Made by a program: the position numbers and the translations under genes | NCBI GenBank assembly: GCA_002104905.1 | Contig: MCFE01000833.1 | Coordinates: forward strand, 1-32,170 | DNA from: Basidiobolus meristosporus CBS 931.73 | Taxonomy: Eukaryota; Fungi; Basidiobolomycota | Direction of reading: 5' to 3' | DNA: 32,170 nt | Notes under the pieces: model-generated | The model's input: the letters and a program-made list of their open reading frames with translations, nothing else | What the model was told of the DNA's origin: nothing | The model's database searches: none | Shown here: in pieces, positions 18,490 to 29,900 of the stretch | Layout of the letters: every line of letters starts with the position of its first letter | Numbering within the stretch: the first letter of the stretch is position 1

Positions 18490-21212
18490 TGTTGTAAAAA
18501 TTTGTAATTCCACCTAAATATTCACCTAACTTAGATCATTACCCTTAAATCCTAGAGAATACTGACCAAATTCCTTGTAGGGATTTACTTAGAATATTTT
18601 CACCAAAATACCAGGTACCCAGAACATGAAAATTCTCAAAGTTGTCAAAACAGCCCCAAACTTTGCACACATGTTCTTGGGACCTTCCTTAACCTATTCT
18701 ACATGCTTGTAATGCAAAGACCGGTCAAAGTATAAATACTACTTTTACATTCAATAAATCATTAAGTGAAAACCACATAATCTACTTGTTCTCCCAATCA
18801 CTTCCAATATCTCCAAGACTCTTACAACAGGTTATGAGCCCCAAGCTGTCACTCTCCGCAATGTCTACCACTGCTATTACTGGAATTTTCCCCTCTGCTG
18901 AAAAGTTGGACGGATCTAACTACCAAGTGTGGAAGGTGAAGATGAAGATGCTGCTACAAGAAAGAGGCCTTTGGGATATTGTCATGCAAGAAGAATGCCT
19001 TCCTAAAAATGTGGGAGAGGAAGCCTTAAAGTACCAGAAGAAAGTACAAAGTGCCTTTAACTGCATTTGCCTTAATGTCAAGGACAAATTGCTAATTCAA
19101 TGCTCAAGAGCAATAACAGCAAAGAATGCCTGGAAAGCATTGGAAGACACCTACCAGTCATGTTCAGCTGCCAAGAAAATGTATCTGAGACAAAAATTCT
19201 TTACTACAAAGATGCTACCAGGAGGAGAAATGAAAAATCTAATTAACAGAATTACCCTGCTGGTAGATGAGATGGAATCTTTGGGCTAACCAACTACTGA
19301 TGAGGATGTGATAGTTACCATACTGAATAGCCTGACAGACAAGTTTCAGGGCCTTGTATCAGCCCTAGAGTCCAGAACTGAAGATTTGACCTTAAATTAC
19401 ATATATGGAAGGCTCCTGGATGAAGAATTAAGAAAATCCAGTGCCAATAAGAAGGAAGAAGAAAATGCTTTAATAAGCAATGATTACCAACAAGGGAGGT
19501 ACCCAAGACCCTAAAAAGGCAACTGCAACCTGTTTTGTAACTACTGCAAAATGAAAGGACACACATCAGACCAGTGTCTTAAAAAGAAAGATAATCAGCA
19601 AAAGAAGCCTTAATATGGAAATGCTGCAACAACTGAAGATAGACTATTCATATCTGCACTAAATATGACCACAAACAAGAATTCTCAGACGTGGTATATT
19701 GACTCTGGAGCTTCTCAACACTTTACACACCAAAAGAAACTTTTTACCCACTATTAAGAAATTCCAATTCAGAAGGTTTTCATGGGCAACAATAGAACAC
19801 TGGATGCAGTGGGAGAAGGAACTATCCAAGTCATCCTTAGAAGCAGTAAAGGAAGGCATACAATGACCTTCAAAGAAGTACTCTATGTACCAGAAGTAGC
19901 CAAAAACCTACTCTCTGTAAGCAAGGCCACAGCAGAAGGACTCAGTTTCAGTTTTGACAATTCTGGATGCAGGATCACTGATCAAAATGGTGCCCATATT
20001 GCTTTGAGCATCAGAGATCAGAATCTATACAAGTTGACTTATATTCCATCATATCTGGAAGCCAATATAAGTAACTTAAATGAAGAAACACCAATGCTTT
20101 GGCACAGGAGATTTGGGCACATCAATTTTGATTATTTGCGCAAAATGATCAAAGATCAGCTAATTTCTGAAGTGAAAATTGATCCCCCAGCTAATTTGGA
20201 GCACTGTGAAGCATGCATATATGGGAAACAAGCCAGACAACTGTTCAAGAGCTCTGGGTTAATCAAAACTAAGAAAAAATTATATCTTATTCACTCAGAT
20301 CTGTGTGGACCTATGCAAAATTTATCCTCAGGCTGGATGAAGTATTTAATCACTTTTATTGATGATTATACAAGATACATATGGGTCTACTTCATAGAGA
20401 GAAAGGAAGAAGCTCTGTCTAAGTTCAGGGAGTTTAAAGCCATGGAGGAGAGAGAAACTGGTGAAAAAATCAAGAAAATACGCTCTGACAATGGTGGAGA
20501 ATATACCTCAAAACTCTTCATCCACTTCTGCAAAATTCATGGGATAAAGCAAGAGACTACTGTACCATACTCCCCACAGCAAAATGAAGTAGCAGAACAA
20601 GCTAACAGATCAATAATTGATATGGCAAGATCTATGATCCATGATCAAAAATTATCCTATGATTTTTGGGCGGAATCAGTTGCCACTGCTGTATACCTTA
20701 AAAATAGGAGTTATAACAGAGTACTTTATGATTCTACTCCACTTGAAGCATGGTATGGATTCAGACCAAGTGCAGAACATCTAAGAATATTTGGGTGTAC
20801 AGTATATGCCAAAAAACTGGCCGGAAATCAGTCAAAATTTGAGCCAAAAAGTGTAAAATGCATATTTTTGGGCTACTGCAATGAGAGTAAGGCATACAGA
20901 CTCTACAATACCAAAGCAAAGAAGCTTATCAAGTTCAGGGATGTGTTGTTTGATGAAAATTCAAAATTTTCACAAAAAATGACATCAGATGATGACAAAA
21001 ATTTGATCTCAAGTCCACCAATATTCAGGATTGAATCAGAGCAAAACAATGAAAATTTTTTCCCTCCAGAGGACTCTACAACCATGGTTCAGCCAGAATC
21101 AGTGCCCAGGAATATCCTAGAAGTGATCATTCCAGTATCAAATGCCTGGAGATCCAATCGGACAAGAAATAGCCCAAATTACTATATCAATGAGGGTACA
21201 GACTTAGCCTAT

Positions 21213-21946
21213 AGACTTGTTCCGTTGGATAGTGCCACATTGAGCCATGAGTGCCAAATGATGCCATAGTGTGCCAGAGAGGCCAGTTGAGCCTCTACCT
21301 GGCCACAGAGTGTGAAACATAGCTCCGCATCTTTATGCAAAGCAGCCCCTGTGTTTCACCCATTGTGTTGGAGAAAATCCATTTTTTGACCTTTTTTTTT
21401 GGATCAATGTTGTGCAGGATGTATTAGAGCACAAGCAGATTGAAGACATGCATCTGGTACTCAATACCTATGGCACTCTGAATCTAGCTCCTGTAGCTTG
21501 TATCATGTCACAAAAATGAATGGCACTATCTTGGTCCACTGGCACTATCTGGCACTCTATTTAAATATTAGCCCTAAAGTAAGATCTATACAAAGCACTT
21601 ATAGTGCCAGATAGTGCCAGTGGACCAAGATAGTGCCATTCATTTTTGTGACATGATACAAGCTACAGGAGCTAGATTCAGAGTGCCATGGGTATTGAGT
21701 ACCAGATGCATATCTTCAGTTTTCCTGTGCTCTTACACATCCTGAGCAACATTGATCCACAAAAAAAGGTCAAAAAATGGATTTTCTCCTGCGCAATGGG
21801 TGAAACACAGGGGCTGCTTTACATGAAGATGCAGAGCTATGTTTCACACTCTGTGGCCAAGTATAGGCTCACTTGATCTCTCTGGCACACTATGGCATCA
21901 TTTGGCACTCATTGCTCAATGTGGCACTATCCAACGGAACAAGTCT
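21213..21946. mobile_element. Non-autonomous foldback/MITE-like element, 734 bp, 344-bp inverted arms, 46-bp spacer, TSD TAT
   Basis: Arms 21213-21556 and 21603-21946 are reverse complements starting AGACTTGTTCCGTTGGATAGTGCC. TAT at 21210-21212 and 21947-21949. The empty site is visible in element 3 (ttagcc-tgt-gcctattc). Confidence 0.95.
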
Positions 21947-22914
21947 TATGCCTATTCAGTCCATATTGATGAACCCCAGACTGTAAAAGAGGCCCTATAT
22001 AGCCCTCAGACAAAGTTTTGGAGATCTGCAATGACTGAGGAATATCAGGCCCTGATGGAAAATCAAACTTGGGACTTAGTCAAATTATCAATCAACCAAA
22101 AATCAATTGGATGCAGATGGGTCTTCAAGACAAAATACAAGGCTGATGGTACAATTGAAAGATACAAAGCAAGACTTGTAGCCAAAGGATACTCTCAAAC
22201 AAAAGGACTTGATTATACTGAGACCTTTGCACTGGTAGCCAAGTTTAATTACATCAGATTAATATTTGCTATTGCAGCCAAATATAAGTTTTTTGTTCAT
22301 CAGATGAATGTAAAAACTGCATTTTTGAATGGAGAACTTGATGAGGACATGTATATGGACCAGCCTGATGGGTTTGTTGACCAAGATAACCCCCATTTGG
22401 GCTGCAAGCTTAAAAAGTCACTACATGGTCTCAAACAATCACCAAGAGCCTGGAATTGCAAGATAGATTCTTATTTGGAATCTTTGAGTTTCAAAAGGAG
22501 TAATGCTGACTCTAGTATATATTATAAGCCGGACAGAGCAAATCCAGTTCTATTAGCTCTATATGTGGATGATCTTATTATAGCCGCCAATAACCTAGAA
22601 ACATTGGAAGAGACTAAATCCAGCCTATCTAAGGAGTTCAAGATGTCTGATTTAGGAGAACTTAGTTACTACTTAGGGATTAAGTTCTCCATAGACAGAA
22701 GTACCCAGACTATTACCCTAAGCCAATCCAAGTATATTCAAGATATACTAACAAAGTACAAAATGGAAGACTGTAAACCGGCAGCTACCCCAATGGAGAC
22801 AAACCTTAACTTGGTCAAAACTCAACCAAATCCAGAGAGTTTGGTGCCATCTGAAAGTCCTGACTTTCCTTATCAATCTATGGTTGGCAGTCTGATGTAT
22901 ATCATGCTTGCAAC

Positions 22915-24155
22915 TGGTGTGTTGTATTATGATTAGTTTGGGGCTTGTTCTACAATGTAGAGGCTAATCAACAATATACAACAACTTCCAGTATGCTAAT
23001 ACTGAAATAGTTTATTGGGAGTTTGATATACCAATAGAAGATATAACTTTCACTAATTTCCTCAATCTTAGGCTCAAAATATACTGTAGGTGGTGTTGAT
23101 CACTTCTACAGCAGTGTTCTGACCTTCTGTCAACTAATAGGCTTATTTACTTTTGTAGTAACCTTTCCTTATTTGAAAGTCACTTTCCTTTCTGAGAGAA
23201 TATTTTCTTATATGGAAATTCTGAACTCCCCTTTAACCTAAAGGGGTGTGTTGTAGAAGTCTCTAAAGGGGTCTTTAGACCTAAAGGGGTGTCTAAAGGG
23301 GTGTCTTTAGAGTAAAGGGGCTTCTTGTAGTGGTCTCTAAAGTGGACTTTACACTAAAGGGGTGCCTCAAGGGGCTTCTTTAGAGTAAAGGGGTTTCATA
23401 AAGGGGTCTCTAAAGGGGTCTTTAGACTAAAGGGGTGTCCAAAGGGGTGTCTTTAGAGTATAGGGGTTTCTTAGAGGGGACTTTTCCGACAGAAAAGTGG
23501 TAGTTTCTTGTAGAACTTAGATTGGATTCTTGTGAGCTTTGCAGTCTCTTTACTGATGCAGTACTGATCAAAGTCAGAATACTCAACAGTGCAAGTGATG
23601 CAGGGGAAGTCTTATAACCTTTAAACTTGTAATCATAGTGTGGAGATTCTGGAAAGAGAGGTTCTCTCTATTTTTCAGCTGGGGAAGTCATATATATGAA
23701 AAATTTGAAGGATCAAAGCTTTTGGGTGATTGCGCAAGCAATACACGTGATACAAAGCTGACATTTTGCAGTGACGCAGATCGGACATAGGCGCAGCACC
23801 TGTGAAAATTTCACGTGATTTGATTGGCTGGTTCGAAAGTCACACGCAATCAAAGTCACCCTAGTAATCCTAGCAATAAGGCATAGTATACATCATAATT
23901 GGACTCTTTTGGTCATAACTCCTTAAGTACTGCTTCAAATGAGCTGTAACCTGAAACATGTGTTGGCTACTATGTGTTCTGTATGACATAATATTCTTGG
24001 GTGGATTGCTTGTCAGGGTCTGAAGCATTTGTTCTTCAAAGTTGGAAATTCTTGATCTTTCACTTGTGTGTTACAATAGCAAAAAGCAAATTAAAGAAAT
24101 GAGTGCAATATTGGTTAAGAGATATTGTAGTAATGGAATACTTTCCATTACCACA
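22915..24155. mobile_element. 1.24-kb insertion, probable solo LTR of an unrelated (possibly gypsy) family
   Basis: Interrupts element 2 RT at YIMLG|T. TG...CA ends, degenerate 4-bp TSD CAAC/GAAC, no ORF. CCAAT (minus, ~23824), CACGTG motifs and TATATA (~23689) suggest a minus-strand promoter. Confidence 0.7.
23228..23480. repeat. TAAAGGGG-core minisatellite, ~14 G4 runs, ~147-bp higher-order repeat
   Basis: Repeated (C)TAAAGGGGT(GT)CTTTAGA units; the block starting 23261 is repeated at 23408. Confidence 0.9.
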
Positions 24156-25608
24156 GAACACATCCAGATATCTCATATTCAGTGGGAGTTGTCAGTCAAC
24201 AAAATCAGAACTATGGATCTGATCATATTGCAGCAGTTAAGCGGATTTTTAGATACCTAAAAGCAACTGCTCATATCTGCTTAAGATACACTTATAAGGA
24301 TTCAGAACAGGATCTTGTGGGATACTCTGATGCTGATTGGGGACAAAATTTGGAAGACAGAAGATCCACCACTGGATACACCTTTCTTTACTGTTAAGGA
24401 GCAATTTCATGGAATTCAAGAAAGCAACCAATTGTAGCACTTTCTACCACAAAGGCAGAGTACATGGCAGCCTGTGAAGCTACACAAGAAGCAATGTGGG
24501 TAAAAAAGCTTTTTACAGATTTAGGCCTTTGTCAAAAGATGCCTATTACGTTATTTCAAAATAATCAAGGATGTATACAATTAGGTAGAAATCCAACTTT
24601 TCATGCTAGAACCAAGCACATAGATATTAGACATCATTTCATATGAGAAGCTATAGAGAATAACTTAGTTAGCTTAGTTTACTGTCCTACAGATGAAAGG
24701 ATTGCAGACATATTTACCAACCATTGGCTAGAGACAAGTTTGAATATCTTAGGTCTAAATTAGGACTAGCTAGTATGAACATTTAGCTGAGTGGGAGTGT
24801 TGTAAAAATTCGTAATTCCACCTAAATATTCACCTAACTTAGTCACTTAGATCATTACCTTCATATCCTAGAGAATACTGACCAATTTCCTTGTTGGGAT
24901 TTACTTAGAATATTTTCACCAAAATACCAGGTACCCAGAACATGAAAATTCTCAAAGTTGTCCAAACAGCCCAAACTTTGCACACATGCTCTTGGGACCT
25001 TCCTTAGCCCATTCTACGTGTTTGCTATGCCAAGACCATGTAAAAGTATAAATACTACTTTTACCTGCAATAAATCATTAAGTGAATGCCGCATAATCTA
25101 CTTGTTCTCCCAATCACTTCCAATATCTCCAGGACTCTTACAACACTTACAAGATGACCTGCCCAAAAGTGAAAGCTCTCAATATCTTGGGTACTAGCTT
25201 TGCAACAGACAAGTGGACATCCTTTCAAAGCATTCATACCAAGTTTGGTATTCAGATGCTCATTAGTTGCACCAAAAGTTGCAACTGCAAATTTGAAGCA
25301 GAAACACCAGCAAAATACCGGCAAAATACCAGCTGAATACTAGCTAAATATTCAACATGTTTCAACCTTGCATCTCTTCACAGAGTTTGGTTGAAAGTAA
25401 AGTGCAGCTGATTGCCGTATTTGTCATGGGTGCCAGTTAGCCTGGTCTCCCTCTAGAAAGGATGTATTCTTGTTCAGTATGAAGCTAGTACCCTAGATGC
25501 AGAGAGTTGTCACATTTAGGAAAGTTAGAGCTTAGTTAATATTATGATGGTATTCTACTGGCCTTTTCTGAGTTTTTTCTTAGGGGTATTTCCAAAGCCC
25601 TTACAACA

Positions 25609-25690
25609 CCCAGAACATGGGATTCTGATAAGTTGTCCAAAGTGCCCTAACCTTTGCACACATGTTCTTGTGGCTTTCCTGAATGTATTT
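25609..25690 (+). mobile_element. Internal fragment of an old copia LTR
   Basis: cccagaacatg...aagttgtccaaa...tttgcacacatgttcttg aligns with the middle of the family LTR; preceded by a TTACAACA end at 25601-25608. Confidence 0.6.
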
Positions 25691-25989
25691 TAAGTTAGCA
25701 TGCCACATGGCTGGGAGACCTGATACAATGGCCACAGGGTTGTTTTTTGTTTAACTTACAGTGTTTAATCAGAGTAGTCTTGTCCATGGGGCAAACAGTT
25801 TGATGTTCAACACCATGACACTGCTTTATCACTCTTTGTCAATATTCATTAGATTTGAATACAATCACATATGTGAGACACACACCTATAAGAATATAAA
25901 ACTTAATGATGTCCAACCGTGGTAGGCATTATAATTACAGTGATTGCACCACATCTACACATATATGTAGCTCTACATCACAATGGGCC

Positions 25990-26933
25990 TTATCAGTCCT
26001 AATTTTCCACATGAAGCTAAAGAAAGTAACCTAGCAGCTAAACCCACCAACTTACAGATGACATGATTTACAACATATTCAACAAGTCATTTGCTAGTGA
26101 CAAACCTGAATATCTCAGACCAATATCTGGACTAGTCAATATGGATTTGATGCTCAGTAGGAGTGTCAAAAAGATATGTAATTGCACCTAAATACTCAAC
26201 TAACCTAGTCATGTATATTCTTACTTACAAATCTCCAATGATTATGACCAAGTTACTTGTTTGGTTCTACTTAGAATACTTTCATCCAAATATCAGGTAT
26301 GTAGCATATGAGATTTCTTGAAGCTGTCTGAGTTGCCCCATATCTTACACACATGCTGCTTGAACCTTTATAGGCATAACTATGTGTTAATTTGGCCAAG
26401 ACCATGTGGAAGTATAAATACTACTTTTACAATGAAACAATCATTGAGTGAAAACCTCACAATCTACTTGCTCTCCCAATTGGCTACCACAACTACTATT
26501 GGAATCCTTTCCTCAGCCCAAAAGCTAGATAGATCCAACTGCCAATTCTGGAAGGTGAAATTGAAGATGCTGATAGAGGAAAGAGGTCTTTGCAATATTA
26601 TCAAGGGAGAAAAATGCCCTCCTAAGGGTGTAGGAAAAGTAACCTTAAAGTATCAGCAGTAGGACCAAACTGCCATTGACCATATTTGCCTTCATTTTTA
26701 AGACAAATTGCTAATTCAATGCTCAAAATGAAAAATAGCAATGAAAGCCTGGAAGGTGTTAGAAGACATTTACCAGTCATGTAGAGCTGCTAGGAAATGT
26801 ATCTCAGAAAAAGATTCCTTACTACTAAGATGCTCTTGGCAAAAGAAATAAAAAATATAATTAACAGAACAACCCTATGGGTTTGTAAGCTACCAACAAG
26901 AAAACAATAGCTACCATCCTAAGTAGTTGAACA
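25990..26933 (+). mobile_element. Old degenerate copia remnant: RNase H end, PPT, LTR (26164-26480) fused by deletion to gag
   Basis: 26050-26163 aligns with the RNase H 3' end and PPT (cagtaggag). 26164-26480 is a diverged LTR. 26480-26933 is stop-ridden gag (KLDRSNCQFWKVKLKMLIEERGL). Confidence 0.8.
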
Positions 26934-29900
26934 TGTTGTAAGAGTCTTGGAGATATTGGAAGTGATTGGGAGAACAAGTAGATTATGTGGTTTTCACTTA
27001 ATGATTTATTGAATGTAAAAGTAGTATTTATACTTTTACCTGGTCTTGGCATTACAAACATGTAGAATAGGTTAAGGAAGGTCCCAAGAACATGTGTGCA
27101 AAGTTTGGGGCTGTTTTGACAACTTTGAGAATTTTCATGTTCTGGGTACCTGGTATTTTGGTGAAAATATTCTAAGTAAATCCCAACAAGGAATTTGGTC
27201 AGTATTCTCTAGGATTTGAAGGTAATGATCTAAGTGACTAATTTAGGTGAATATTTAGATGGAAATACAAATTTTTACAACACTCCCACTCAGCTAAATG
27301 TTCATACTGACTAGTCCTAATTTTGACCTAAGATATTCAAACTTATCTCTAGCTAATGGTTTGGTAAATATGTCTGCAAACATTTCATCTGTAGGACAGT
27401 AAACTAAGCTAACTAAGTTATTCTCTATAGCTTCTCATATGAAATGATGTCTAATACCTATGTGCTTGGTTCTAGCATGAAAAGTTGGATTTCTACCTAA
27501 TTGTATACATCCTTGATTATCTTGAAATAAAGTAATAGGCGTTTTTTGACATAGGCCTAAATCTGTAAAGAGCTTTCTTAACCACATTGCTTCTTTTGTA
27601 GTTTCACAGGCTGCCATATACTCTGCCTCTGTAGTAGAAAGTGCTACGGTTGGTTGCTTTCTTGAATTCCATGAAATTGCTCCTTTACAGTAAAGAAAGG
27701 TGTATCCTGTGGTGGATCTTCTGTCTTCCAAATTTTGTCCCCAATCTGCATCAGAGTATCCCACAAGATCTTGTTCTGAGTCCTTATAAGTGTATCTTAA
27801 GCAAATATCAGCAGTTCCTTTTAGGTATCTAAAAATCCGCTTAACTGCTGCAATATGATCAGATCTATAAATCTGATTATGTTGGTTGACAACTCCCACT
27901 GAATATGAGATATCTTGACGTGTTCCAAGCATGATATACATCAGACTGCCGACCATAGATTGATAAGGAAAGTCAGGGCTTTCAGATGGCACCAAGCTCT
28001 CTTGATTTGGTTGAGTTTTGACCAAGTTAAGGTTTGTCTCCATTGGGGTAGCTGCCGGTTTACAGTCTTCCATTTGGTACTTCTTTAGTATATCTTGAAT
28101 ATACTTGGATTGGCTTAGGGTGATAGTCTGGGTACTTCTGTCTATGGAGAACTTAATCCCTAAGTAGTAACTAAGTTCTCCTAAATCAGACATCTTGAAC
28201 TCCTTAGATAGGCTGGATTTAGTTTCTTCCAATGTTTCTAGGTTATTGGCGGCTATAATAAGATCATCCACATATAGAGCTAATAGAACTGGATTTGCTC
28301 TATCTGGCTTATAGTGTATACTATAGTCAGCATTACTCCTTTTGAAACTCAAAGATTCCAAATAAGAATCTATCTTGCAATTCCAGGCTCTTGGTGATTG
28401 TTTGAGACCATGTAGTGACTTTTTAAGCTTGCAGACCAAATAGGGGTTATCATGGTCAGCAAACCCATCAGGCTGGTCCATATACACGTCCTCATCAAGT
28501 TCTCCATTCAAAAATGCAGTTTTTACATCCATTTGATGAATAAAAAACCTATATTTGGCGGCAATAGCCAATATTAATCTGATGGATATTAAACTTGGCT
28601 ACCGGTGCAAAGGTCTCAGTGTAGTCAAGTCCTTTTGTTTGAGAGTATCCTTTGGCTACAAGTCTTGCTTTGAATCTTTCAATTGTACCATCAGCCTTGT
28701 ATTTTGTCTTGAAGACCCATCTGCATCCAATTGATTTTTGGTTGATTGGTAATTTGACTAAGTCCCAAGTTTGATTTTCCATCAGGGCCTGATATTCCTC
28801 AGTCATTGCAGATCTCCAAAACTTTGTCTGAGGGCTATATAGGGCCTCTTTTACAGTCTGGGGTTCATCAATATGGACTGAATAGGCACAGGCTAAGTTT
28901 GTACCCTCATTGATATAGTAATTTGGGCTATTTCTTGTCCGATTGGATCTCTGGGCATTTGATACTGGAATATTCACTTCTGGGATATTCCTGGGCACAG
29001 ATTCTGGCTGAACCACGGTTGTAGAGTCCTCTGGAGTGAAAAAATTTTCATTGTTTTGTTCTGATTCAATCCTGACAATTGGTGGACTTGAGATCAAGTT
29101 TTTGTCATCATCTGATATCATTTTTTGTGAATATTTTGAATTTTCATCAAACAACACATCCCTGGACTTGATAAGCTTCTTTGCTTTGGTATTGTAGAGT
29201 CTGTATGCCTTACTCTCATTGCAGTAGCCCAAAAATATGCATTTTACACTTTTTGGCTCAAATTTTGACTGATTTCCGGCCAGTTTTTTGGCATATGCTG
29301 TACACCCAAATATTCTTAGATGTTCTGCACTTGGTCTATATCCATACTATGCTTCAAATGGAGTAGAATCACGAAGTATTCTGTTATAACTCCTATCTTT
29401 AAGATATACAGCAGTGGCAACTGATTCTGCACAAAAATCATAGGATAATTTTTGATCATGGATCATAGATCTTGCCATATCAATTATTAATCTGTTTGCT
29501 TGTTCTGCTACTCCATTTTGCTGTGAGGAGTATGGTACAGTAGTCTCTTGCTTTATCCCATGAATTTTGCTGAAGTGGATGAAGAGTTTTGAGGTATATT
29601 CTCCACCATTGTCAGAGCGTATTTTCTTGATTTTTTCACCAGTTTCTCTCTCCACCATGACTTTAAACTCCCTGAGCTTAGACAGAGCTTCTTCCTTTCT
29701 CTCCATGAAGTAGACCCATGTGTATCTTGTATAATCATCAATAAAAGTGATTAAATACTTCATCCCGCCTAAGGATAAATTTTGCATAGGTCCACACAGA
29801 TCTGAATGAATTAGATCTAATTTTTTCTTAGTTTTGATTAACCCAGAGCTCTTGAACGGTTGTCTGGCTTGTTTCCCATATATGCAGGCTTCACAGTGCT

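Larger units (their letters stand above)
18490..25145 (+). mobile_element. Ty1/copia element 2 (LTR-D 18490-18829, LTR-E 24798-25145), dead, carrying two insertions
   Basis: Order gag-PR-INT-RT-RNase H (RT motifs RYKARLVAKG, LKKSLHGLKQSPRAW, YVDDL; RNase H YSDADWG). PPT GAGTGGGAG at 24789-24797. Length minus inserts ~4.67 kb matches element 3. Flanks CAAAT and CTTAC do not match. Confidence 0.95.

Noticed and set aside
23228-23480. CRISPR array or telomere tract
   Set aside because: Eukaryotic locus, variable unit length, no unique spacers, not tandem TTAGGG, and embedded in an insertion.
24798-27282. Inversion between the oppositely oriented LTR-E and LTR-F to explain LTR haplotype swapping
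   Set aside because: The GAACA TSD and the collinear old gag on both sides of element 3 show its flanks were not exchanged.
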